DNA of 64,000 nt, from NCBI GenBank assembly GCA_965649055.1, contig CBFGJG010000004.1, forward strand, positions 18,343 through 82,342. The letters are read 5' to 3'. This document shows positions 1 through 7,672 of this stretch, piece by piece. The number at the start of each line of letters is the position of its first letter. Positions within the stretch are counted from its first letter, which is position 1. A program made the translations under genes and the position numbers. This stretch comes from a candidate division WOR-3 bacterium (GTDB lineage Bacteria; Hydrothermota; UBA3072; B12-G15). The notes below the pieces were generated by a model, which saw only the letters and a program-made list of their open reading frames with translations, had not been told where the DNA came from and searched no databases.

Positions 1-1300
1 TCACTATTGGTTTTTGTCTTCCATCTTTATCTGTGAAATTTGCACCTATTGCTTCGGAATACTTTCTTCCGAGTTTAAAAATATGTCCAAGCTCGATTGT
101 GTTTTTTAATATTATTTTTGAAGAACATTTCTTACATATATCACCTTCTTTTACATTTCTTATATCAACAAATTTTAATGGCTTAAAATCTCTTCCAATC
201 TCAATTCCCTGAAGGTGATAATCATCTTTATTTGCGCCGCTCACAAGGTTTCTTCCATCTCTTAAACTTATATCAACATACGAAGGGATATTTAATCCGA
301 CAGGACTTATATAACCTTTAGTGGCACCTGTAAATTTTTTAATCTCATCATCACTTGCCGGTCTTGAATTCTTAAATAATTGCAAGAATTTGTTTTCATT
401 TACTTCGTAATCACCCCTTATAAGGACAAAGAAAGGATTCCCGTTTTCATCAATATATAATAAACTTTTCATAAGCATATATTCAGGGACTGAAAGAAAC
501 TGAGATACTTCTTTTACAGAACCTGTGATGGGTGTATGAATTAATTTAAGGGAAGAACTTTCACCAAAATCCACAGGCAAAGGCTCTGTTTCAGCAACAT
601 CAATATTTGAAGAATATCCACATTTTTCACAAAAGACAATGCTGTCTTCGCCTGCTTTTGACGGAACCATAAATTCGTGAGATTGTGAACCACCCATAAT
701 TCCGCTTGATGCTGAAACAACTATAGTATTTAATTTAACCCGACTGAAAATTTTTTCATAGGCTTCATAATGAAGTTTATAACTTTTGTCAAGACCTTCT
801 TCATTAATATCAAAAGAATAGGAATCCATCATTATAAATGTTCTTGCCCTTAAAACTCCACCCCTTGGCCTTAACTCGTCCCTGTATTTTATCTGGATTT
901 GATACCACATTTGCGGAAGGTCATTATAGGATTTGATATCAATCCTTGCAAGCTCGGTCATTATTTCTTCGTGTGTTGGAGCAAGTGCATAATCCCTTTG
1001 TTTTCTGTCTTTTAAACGAAACATCTCGTCTCCGTATTCTTCCCATCTCCCTGTTTTTTCCCAGAGTTCTTTCGGGGTTAATGCAGGAAGCAATAGTTCC
1101 TGTGCCCCAATTCTATCCATTTCTTCCCTTATTATATTTATGATTTTCTTAAGAACCTTCCATCCTAAAGGAAGATAAACATATACACCACTTGATAATA
1201 ATTTTATAAAACCACCCCTTAAAAGTAAAATATGGCTTATATTTGTTGCTTCTTTCGGTGTTTCTTTAAGGGTTGGTATGTAGCTTTCAGTCCATTTCAT
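1..1300 (-). CDS. proS: Prolyl-tRNA synthetase (3' end runs off the window)
   Basis: Not in the ORF track because its stop is outside the window. ATG at 1300 reads MKWTESYIPTLKETPKEATNISHILLLRGGFIKLLSSGVY, then LAPTHEE, YQIQIKYRDELRPRGGVLRARTFIMMDSYSFD, GIMGGSQSHEF and IELGHIFKLGRKYS, all class II ProRS motifs. Confidence 0.96.
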   Translation of the reverse strand, partial: MKWTESYIPTLKETPKEATNISHILLLRGGFIKLLSSGVYVYLPLGWKVLKKIINIIREEMDRIGAQELLLPALTPKELWEKTGRWEEYGDEMFRLKDRKQRDYALAPTHEEIMTELARIDIKSYNDLPQMWYQIQIKYRDELRPRGGVLRARTFIMMDSYSFDINEEGLDKSYKLHYEAYEKIFSRVKLNTIVVSASSGIMGGSQSHEFMVPSKAGEDSIVFCEKCGYSSNIDVAETEPLPVDFGESSSLKLIHTPITGSVKEVSQFLSVPEYMLMKSLLYIDENGNPFFVLIRGDYEVNENKFLQLFKNSRPASDDEIKKFTGATKGYISPVGLNIPSYVDISLRDGRNLVSGANKDDYHLQGIEIGRDFKPLKFVDIRNVKEGDICKKCSSKIILKNTIELGHIFKLGRKYSEAIGANFTDKDGRQKPIV

Positions 1301-1306
1301 AAATAT

Positions 1307-1334
1307 AAAATAACAAAATGTTATAATATGTCAA
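1307..1334 (-). promoter_or_regulatory. sigma70-type promoter of proS, probably leaderless
   Basis: TTGACA (1334-1329), 16 bp, TATTTT (1312-1307), then 6 nt to ATG. No SD sequence. Confidence 0.55.
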
Positions 1335-1360
1335 TAAAAATTTAAACTTAAAAAAAATCC

Positions 1361-1389
1361 TTGACAAAATTTTAAAAATCATTTATAAT
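1361..1389 (+). promoter_or_regulatory. Consensus sigma70 promoter facing the CRISPR leader
   Basis: TTGACA (1361-1366), 17 bp, TATAAT (1384-1389). No intact ORF follows for over 1 kb. Confidence 0.8.
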
Positions 1390-1414
1390 AAAAATACAAA
1401 ATAAAAATTAAATT

Positions 1415-1426
1415 CGCTCTTTGAAA
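1415..1426 (+). promoter_or_regulatory. boxA-like Nus antitermination element
   Basis: CGCTCTTTGAAA, about 20 nt after the predicted TSS, resembles rrn boxA (TGCTCTTTAACA). Confidence 0.55.
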
Positions 1427-1439
1427 TTAGAATAGTTTT

Positions 1440-1717
1440 TTATACCGGATTAAGGGATAATTTATTACAAATTACTAACTTTGTAATAATTTTCCTGAAC
1501 GACGCCTGAAGTTTTCCACATTTTTTCCACAACGAGATAACAAGTTATTGATAATAATTGAGTTATAGCGAAAATTAAAAAAAATTTCAAACTCATCGTC
1601 GTTGTGGTTCAAAATGAATGAGTTATGAAAAATGTGGATAAAATGTGGATAATTTTTAGGTCTGTGTCGGAAATGCCCTTATAAGTTATTGGTGTTAAAT
1701 AACTTTCAAGGGGTGCT
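1440..1717 (+). promoter_or_regulatory. AT-rich CRISPR leader with DnaA-box-like and IHF-like motifs
   Basis: TTTTCCACA at 1512-1520 and 1523-1531; TGTGGATAA at 1633-1641 and 1644-1652. WATCAANNNNTTR match on the minus strand at 1541-1553, near-matches at 1613-1625 and 1682-1694. Confidence 0.6.
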
Positions 1718-1830
1718 GTAGCAATCGAACTCCCGTAAGATCGGGATTGCAACCGCATCGATGAAATCGCTCAACTTCATAGCGTTCCTCCTTTGTAGCA
1801 ATCGAACTCCCGTAAGATCGGGCTCGAAAT
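1718..1830 (+). CRISPR. Orphan mini CRISPR array: two 36-bp repeats and one 41-bp spacer
   Basis: R1 1718-1753 GTAGCAATCGAACTCCCGTAAGATCGGGATTGCAAC. R2 1795-1830 is identical for 28 nt, then degenerate (CTCGAAAT). Internal hairpin TCCCG-TAAGAT-CGGGA and ATTGCAAC 3' end. Spacer 1754-1794. Leader upstream; no cas genes in the window. Confidence 0.8.
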
Positions 1831-1832
1831 AA

Positions 1833-1979
1833 TGGGGACTAGGGATTAGGCATTAGGGACTGGTATATAATAAGTTTATATTTCGATAAAGAATAGATGT
1901 GAGAATATAAATAAAATGCTTACAAGACTTTATAAGTCTATTAAATAACTAATCCCCAGTCACGAGTCCCCAGTCCCTA
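1833..1979. repeat. Element bounded by inverted heptamer tandem repeats (MITE-like)
   Basis: Left 1833-1863 TGGGGAC-TAGGGAT-TAGGCAT-TAGGGAC-TGG. Right 1949-1979 reverse-complements to TAGGGAC-TGGGGAC-TCGTGAC-TGGGGAT-TAG. Confidence 0.7.
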
Positions 1980-1983
1980 AAAC

Positions 1984-2016
1984 ACTCCCGTAATATCGGG
2001 CTCGAAATAATGGGGA
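1984..2016 (+). repeat. 33-bp direct copy of 1806-1838 (3' part of the terminal CRISPR repeat plus flank)
   Basis: ACTCCCGTAATATCGGGCTCGAAATAATGGGGA versus ACTCCCGTAAGATCGGGCTCGAAATAATGGGGA, one mismatch. Confidence 0.9.
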
Positions 2017-2041
2017 TTAGAGACTTGTGGAATATGGAATA

Positions 2042-2206
2042 ATGTTAGTAGATGATTTGGATGTTTTTAAATTATCACATGGAATTTTATTAAAGGTTTA
2101 TGAGCTAACGAGAGAATTTCAAAAAGATAAGATATTTAATTTAACAATGCAATTAAGACGGATATAAAGTTCTATATCTATAAATTAAATTGAGGGTGGG
2201 CAAAAA
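2042..2206 (+). pseudogene. Decayed four-helix-bundle protein (23S rRNA intervening-sequence protein / Avd-like family)
   Basis: Reads MLVDDLDVFKLSHGILLKVYELTREFQKDKIFNLTMQLRRI*SSISIN*IEGGQK, matching the family pattern L.V...vY.lt..Fp..E.f.L..Q.RRa..Si..NiaEG. In-frame TAA at 2165 and 2186; heptamer repeats just upstream. Confidence 0.72.
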
Positions 2207-2516
2207 AAGATTGAAAGACAATTGTTAATAATTTTTTTGATAATTTGAATCCTTATATAAACATTTTATAAATTTCAATCAGGTATTATTAATAGTCTGG
2301 TTAAACTATTTTCCTTAGAGTGTTTTACAATTTATAAACTCATCTGGAATTTCATTATTCAAAATATCAAATAAGCCATTTATTAGAAGATTCACATTAG
2401 CAATATTAATTTGGTTTCTTTCTTATATACAGATTAACAAAAAGGTGAATGGGCAGATTTTTAATGGTTAAGATAGCAATATATTTTGGGAAAATTAAAA
2501 AATAACAAAGATTTAT

Positions 2517-2544
2517 TTGACAAAAATTTTTTTAACTTTACAAT
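2517..2544 (+). promoter_or_regulatory. sigma70-type promoter of the C25 operon
   Basis: TTGACA, 16 bp, TACAAT; SD CAGGAGG before ATG 2567. Confidence 0.6.
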
Positions 2545-2566
2545 AATAAATAAACAGGAGGTATTT

Positions 2567-3154
2567 ATGATTCTCTTATTCGTTTTAATAAATACAGATT
2601 TCACCTATATTTTAAAGTGTTCAGAACCTGAAATTATCTCTGAAAATGGATATGTGAAACTATCTTTGACTGATTATAATTATTTAAGAATTCCTGGTAA
2701 ACCTGAAATGCCGTTTAAACCAATTGTATTTCTTCTGCCACCTGATGCAATCTTTAAAACAATTTCTTTTGAATTACTTGATTCGACAATAATAGACCTT
2801 CATAACCTTATATTTCCTGCTCAAAGATATATACCATTTTTTAAAGATAGTAAGGTAGAAAGGGTTGAACCTGATAAAAATGTATACAGTTCGAATGAAC
2901 CTTATCCCGGGATATTAATAAAGAGTTTCGGAGAAAGCAGGAAAGGCGTCTTCAGACTTTTGACAATTAATATCTATCCAATCCAGTATATACCAGCGCT
3001 TAACAGGTTAATTATATACGATATCAAGTTAAGAATTGAATATGAAAACTCTGACAAATTCGTGAAGATAAACAGAAATCAATTTGAATTCCATAAGAAG
3101 GGTGTTGAGAAGTTAGTAATAAATCCAGAAATGATTGATTATTACAGGAGGTAA
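2567..3154 (+). CDS. Stand-alone gingipain (C25) propeptide-domain protein
   Basis: Start moved to ATG 2567 (SD AGGAGG). Hydrophobic N-terminus; motifs PGKPEMP, LLPPDA, IFPAQ, YSSNEPYP and IYPIQYIP fit Propeptide_C25. Confidence 0.75.
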   Translation: MILLFVLINTDFTYILKCSEPEIISENGYVKLSLTDYNYLRIPGKPEMPFKPIVFLLPPDAIFKTISFELLDSTIIDLHNLIFPAQRYIPFFKDSKVERVEPDKNVYSSNEPYPGILIKSFGESRKGVFRLLTINIYPIQYIPALNRLIIYDIKLRIEYENSDKFVKINRNQFEFHKKGVEKLVINPEMIDYYRR

Positions 3155-3156
3155 GG

Positions 3157-6030
3157 ATGAAAAGATTATTTCCGATATTTTTTATAAGCCTTTTCATATA
3201 TCCACAAAGTTTAAAGATACTATATGAACCATTAGAGGGTGTTCCACTTTACCCGGCAAAAACCACACCTTTAATGAAAGAGATTAATGTCTTAGAAACA
3301 AGGCAAAGCCCTGTTAATTTTTATAGAACATCTTCTCATCATCCTGATAAAATTGGACATACAGATTTTAAAGAAATATACGGAAGACCTGTTGTAAATT
3401 ACCCATTAGAGTTTTTAGATTCAAAGGTATCATACGATACACTCTCATACTGGAATACTGCTTCAACAAATTTCTTTTACTGGAATCAGCCGGATAACTA
3501 TGGTGATATAAATTATTCTGTCCGCTTCACACCCATTAACAATGGAACATTGAAAAGTGCGATATTCTGGTTCTATAATCTTGTAGGTTCTGGTAATATA
3601 AGGATTCATGTATGGAATGATAATTGGGGTTATCCTGGAACAGAACTCGGGTATGTTGATTTTCCAACATCAGGTATAGCCGGCTGGCCTTATGGAACTA
3701 TAATAGATCTTTCATCTTTAGGGATAAATGTTACAGCAGGGAACGATTTTTATGTTGGATATTCTTTATTATCAGGTGTCAGCACCTTAGGACTCGTTTA
3801 TGATACATTTGGTCTTGCACCTGAAAGATGCTATGATTATTGGCCTACCTTTAGTATGTGGGAAACATCCGACTGGATTCATGATAATATTACATGGCTT
3901 ATTGAGGCAGTTGTTGAGGTTGGTGCTGGTGGACAACCTAATCTCACATATTACACACCAACGGGATGGGATGGACCGATAGTTCCATCATCTGTATCAG
4001 GGACACACACAACAGGTCCAAATCTTCAGGGCGGTGCTACGACATATATAGACTGGGCTATTATAAATAATGGAAGTGATACTGCACTGGCAACATTCTA
4101 TATTTATCTTTATTCAGATGGAATACCAATAGGAGGATGGTATACTGATTCACTTCCACCTAACTATTATACTTATGTTGAAGATTGGACATATACATTC
4201 TCATCAGGGAATCATACACTTGGAATATTTGCAGATTCAACAAATACGATTTCTGAAAGCAATGAGACAGACAATAAATATTCGCAGGTCTTCTCATGGG
4301 GTGGAGGTGGTGGAGGAGGAATTTCAGGTGTGAAATATATTATTATCACAAGTCCGAGTTTTGTTTCATACTTTGAACCACTTGCATGGTGGAAGACCAA
4401 AAAAGGTGTCCCTGCAAAGATTGTAACTACTGATTACATATATGCAAATTATTCGGGAACTGATAACCAACAGAAGATAAGAAATTATATATCTGCACAG
4501 GCTGATTCAGGTGTATTGTATATACTCCTTGGTGGTCAGATGGACTGGGAACATGGTGAAGGTATAGTTCCAAGAAGGGATGTTTGGTGCATGCAAAGTG
4601 GAGGTGGAGGATATCCAGATGAAGATACTATCCCAACAGATATGTATTATTCAAATCTTGATGGGAACTGGAATGGTGACGGGGATAATGTTTATGGTGA
4701 GATGGGTGATAATGTAGACCTTTATTCAGATATTGCAATAGGAAGGGCACCTGTAAAAAATACATCACAGGTTACAAATTTTGTGAATAAGGTCTTAACT
4801 TATGAAAAGAATCCACCAACAAGTTATATTAAGAAAATACTTCTTCCATCTGTGAAGCTTTTTGATTATTATTATCATGGAGTAAATTATTACGGATATG
4901 TTGTGAATAATGCAATCTCAAATATAACACCAGCAGGCTGGCAGGATTCAAAACTTGAAGATAACAATAATTCGCAGTCATGGAATTTAAGACAGGCTAT
5001 AAAAGATTCACTTAATAATGGTTTCCATTTCTGCCATTTTGCAGCACACGGTGATGAATACGGACATTACTATCTCTTAGGAAACACTGTATACAATTAT
5101 TCAGATGCACAAACAATGAACAATGGAACAAAATATTCAATCATAAATGCAATTTCCTGTTTTACAGGTGCTGTTGATGAGGCAGGTTCATCTGCAAGTT
5201 ATGATTGTATCGCAGAACACTATGTGAACAGGGTTTCAAATGGGGCTGTTGCAACTATTATGAATACAAGATATGGACTTGCTTATCCACCGAGTATGGG
5301 ACCATCAGAGGTTCTTGATACAACATTCTATCGCTTGATATTTCTTGAAGGGTTTTATCACCTTGGTGAAGCACATATGGAGGCAAGGGATAGATGGGCA
5401 AGCTCTGCACAATCAGATCAGGGATTCAGATGGTGTGTTTATGAGTTAACACTTTTTGGTGACCCTGAAATGCCTATATGGACAGATACACCACAGAATA
5501 TGAATGTATCTATAAATCTTGATTCACTCATTGTTGGACAGAACAATAATCTTATAGTAACAGTCCAGACTGCGAAGGCACCTGTGCAGAATGCCCTTGT
5601 CTGTCTTGCAACAAAAAACTATGATGTATATGATACATTATTAACAAATTCAAGTGGCCAGGCAAATTTCACTGTGAATCCTTCAGCTGAAGAGACAATA
5701 TTTATAACTGTAACAAAACATAATTACATACCTTATGAGACATACAGACTTTCAAAAATCTCCACAGGTATCTCTGATGATACGGGAAAACTAAACTTCT
5801 ATCTTTCTTTAAATTCCGGAAAAGGAATAAATGTGAATTATGATATTCCAGAAAAAGGCGAAGTGAAAATATCTGTTTTAGATATTGTTGGAAGGAAGAA
5901 AGAGATTTACAGAAATATTGTAGAAAAAGGAAAACATAATATTGTATATAAACCAGAAAAATTCGGTGTTTATTTCATTATGCTTGAATATAAGGAAAAA
6001 TCTATTCTTAAGAAGATTGTTTATTTTTAA
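3157..6030 (+). CDS. Secreted C25 (gingipain-like) cysteine peptidase with CARDB/Ig domains and a C-terminal sorting-like domain
   Basis: Signal peptide; CARDB-like ADSTNTISESNETDN; C25 motifs YIIIT, YILLGG, TDMYY, IGRAP, catalytic AAHG and ISCFTG, LFGDP; CTD-like VKISVLDIVGR and GVYFI. Confidence 0.88.
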   Translation: MKRLFPIFFISLFIYPQSLKILYEPLEGVPLYPAKTTPLMKEINVLETRQSPVNFYRTSSHHPDKIGHTDFKEIYGRPVVNYPLEFLDSKVSYDTLSYWNTASTNFFYWNQPDNYGDINYSVRFTPINNGTLKSAIFWFYNLVGSGNIRIHVWNDNWGYPGTELGYVDFPTSGIAGWPYGTIIDLSSLGINVTAGNDFYVGYSLLSGVSTLGLVYDTFGLAPERCYDYWPTFSMWETSDWIHDNITWLIEAVVEVGAGGQPNLTYYTPTGWDGPIVPSSVSGTHTTGPNLQGGATTYIDWAIINNGSDTALATFYIYLYSDGIPIGGWYTDSLPPNYYTYVEDWTYTFSSGNHTLGIFADSTNTISESNETDNKYSQVFSWGGGGGGGISGVKYIIITSPSFVSYFEPLAWWKTKKGVPAKIVTTDYIYANYSGTDNQQKIRNYISAQADSGVLYILLGGQMDWEHGEGIVPRRDVWCMQSGGGGYPDEDTIPTDMYYSNLDGNWNGDGDNVYGEMGDNVDLYSDIAIGRAPVKNTSQVTNFVNKVLTYEKNPPTSYIKKILLPSVKLFDYYYHGVNYYGYVVNNAISNITPAGWQDSKLEDNNNSQSWNLRQAIKDSLNNGFHFCHFAAHGDEYGHYYLLGNTVYNYSDAQTMNNGTKYSIINAISCFTGAVDEAGSSASYDCIAEHYVNRVSNGAVATIMNTRYGLAYPPSMGPSEVLDTTFYRLIFLEGFYHLGEAHMEARDRWASSAQSDQGFRWCVYELTLFGDPEMPIWTDTPQNMNVSINLDSLIVGQNNNLIVTVQTAKAPVQNALVCLATKNYDVYDTLLTNSSGQANFTVNPSAEETIFITVTKHNYIPYETYRLSKISTGISDDTGKLNFYLSLNSGKGINVNYDIPEKGEVKISVLDIVGRKKEIYRNIVEKGKHNIVYKPEKFGVYFIMLEYKEKSILKKIVYF

Positions 6031-6159
6031 TGGTATTTTTTAAGTTTAAAAAGTAAAATTTTTAAAATGCTCAAAACATAGAATTTTACAGAATTTTAAA
6101 AAAAATACTTGACAAAATGCAAGATTTTATATATATTTCAATCAACCAAAAGGAGGTGA

Positions 6160-6438
6160 TTGGTGAACAAAAAACAGATAATTGAACAAGTTGCAAAAGA
6201 TGCAGGTATTTCCAAAAAACAGGCACAGAAGTCGCTTGACTCTGTTCTTGCAAACATTCAGAAGGCACTGAAGAAAGGTGACAAGGTTACATTTGTTGGA
6301 TTTGGAACATTTATGGTTAGGAAGAGGAAAGCAAGGATTGCAAGAAATCCAAGGAATCCAAACCAGACTATTAAAGTTCCTGCAAAGAAAGTTCCTGTTT
6401 TTAAAGCTGGTAACCTGCTTAAAAAATCAGTATCTTAA
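6160..6438 (+). CDS. hup: DNA-binding protein HU (start may be GTG 6163)
   Basis: NKKQII...VGFGTF...RIARNPRN...VPVFKAG; SD AGGAGGTG; promoter TTGACA-17-TATATT at 6109-6137. Confidence 0.95.
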   Translation: MVNKKQIIEQVAKDAGISKKQAQKSLDSVLANIQKALKKGDKVTFVGFGTFMVRKRKARIARNPRNPNQTIKVPAKKVPVFKAGNLLKKSVS

Positions 6439-6443
6439 TGATA

Positions 6444-6468
6444 GGGGGCTTTAAGCCCCCTTTTTTTT
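6444..6468 (+). terminator. Rho-independent terminator after hup
   Basis: GGGGGCT-TTA-AGCCCCC followed by T8. Confidence 0.9.
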
Positions 6469-6798
6469 ATGCAAAAAATTTTTTTAATATTCGCATTATC
6501 ACTTGTTATTGAAAGGGCACTTGAACAGATAAGTGAATTTATCCCAAGAAAGAGAAGAAAAAAAGTTATGTGGTTACTTTCAATGGTATTATCACTTATA
6601 ATTACTTTCATATGTAAGATAGGTGTGTTAAGAGAACTTGGGATAATTCAAGGTAATGGAATTGTCTATTTTCTTGATTATTTTCTTACAGGTTTGATAA
6701 TTAGCAGTGGTTCCGAACCTGTTCATTCACTTATAATCGCACTTGAAAGCAAAAAAGAGGAATTGAAACAAAAAGTAAAAAAAATTGAGAAGAACTGA
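6469..6798 (+). CDS. Small membrane protein, unknown function
   Basis: 109 aa, about three hydrophobic segments and a basic tail; overlaps the thiL start. Confidence 0.7.
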   Translation: MQKIFLIFALSLVIERALEQISEFIPRKRRKKVMWLLSMVLSLIITFICKIGVLRELGIIQGNGIVYFLDYFLTGLIISSGSEPVHSLIIALESKKEELKQKVKKIEKN

Positions 6799-7672
6799 AG
6801 AAGCAATCATAGATTTCATATATAAAAAATTCAAAAATTTTAGAAAGATTAAAAAAGGTATTGGAGATGATTGTGCAATTTTAGATGATTATGCAATAAC
6901 AAAAGATATATATATTGAAGGAACTCATTTTACAAAATTATTGGAACCAAAGGCTATAGGATGGAGGACATTTGCAGGTGCTTTGAGTGATATTGCAGCA
7001 GTAGGTGGGGAACCTTTTTATTTTTTATTCGGAATTGGACTACCACAGGATTACGATGAGAAATTTTTTAGAGCATTAATACAGGGGATTAAAGAATTGT
7101 CAGATATGTTTAAGGTTCAGGTAATAGGTGGGGATACTGTAAAAAGCGAAAAGATAGTTCTTTCTTATACTGTTATTGGAAGAATTAAAAAACCAATATA
7201 CAGGATTGGTGCAAAAGAAAACGATAATATATACATTACAGGAAATATTGGTGGATCAAGGCTTGGATATGAATTTAATCTGAAGAATGAAAAGTTTTTA
7301 TTCCCGATTCCAAGGATAAAAGAGATAAAAAATATTTTGAAAAAATATAAAATAAATTCAATGATAGATATATCAGATGGACTTGTACTAGATTCCATAA
7401 GGGTTTCAAATGAGAGTAATGTCAGATTCAATCTGTTTTCCAATTTGATTCCTTTGAATAAAGAAGCTATAGATTATTGTAAAAAAAATAATCTGAATCC
7501 AGTGGAGTTTTGTATAAACAGTGGTGAAGAGTATGAAATACTTTTTACTTCACCTGAAAAAATAAATATGGAAGGTATTAGAATGATAGGATTTGTTTCA
7601 AAAGGAAAAGGTGTTTACCTTGATAACAGGAAAATAAAACATAGAGGTTTCAAGCATTTCGATGAAGATTAA
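6785..7672 (+). CDS. thiL: Thiamine-monophosphate kinase
   Basis: GIGDDCA, EGTHF, LSDIAAVGG, IGGDT, MIDISDGL, GEEYE. Confidence 0.93.
   Translation: MRRTEEAIIDFIYKKFKNFRKIKKGIGDDCAILDDYAITKDIYIEGTHFTKLLEPKAIGWRTFAGALSDIAAVGGEPFYFLFGIGLPQDYDEKFFRALIQGIKELSDMFKVQVIGGDTVKSEKIVLSYTVIGRIKKPIYRIGAKENDNIYITGNIGGSRLGYEFNLKNEKFLFPIPRIKEIKNILKKYKINSMIDISDGLVLDSIRVSNESNVRFNLFSNLIPLNKEAIDYCKKNNLNPVEFCINSGEEYEILFTSPEKINMEGIRMIGFVSKGKGVYLDNRKIKHRGFKHFDED

Noticed and set aside
946..1143. 65-aa plus-strand ORF
   Set aside because: Antisense shadow of proS.
2486..2566. TTG-start extension of the propeptide ORF
   Set aside because: Overlaps the promoter; the SD supports ATG 2567.
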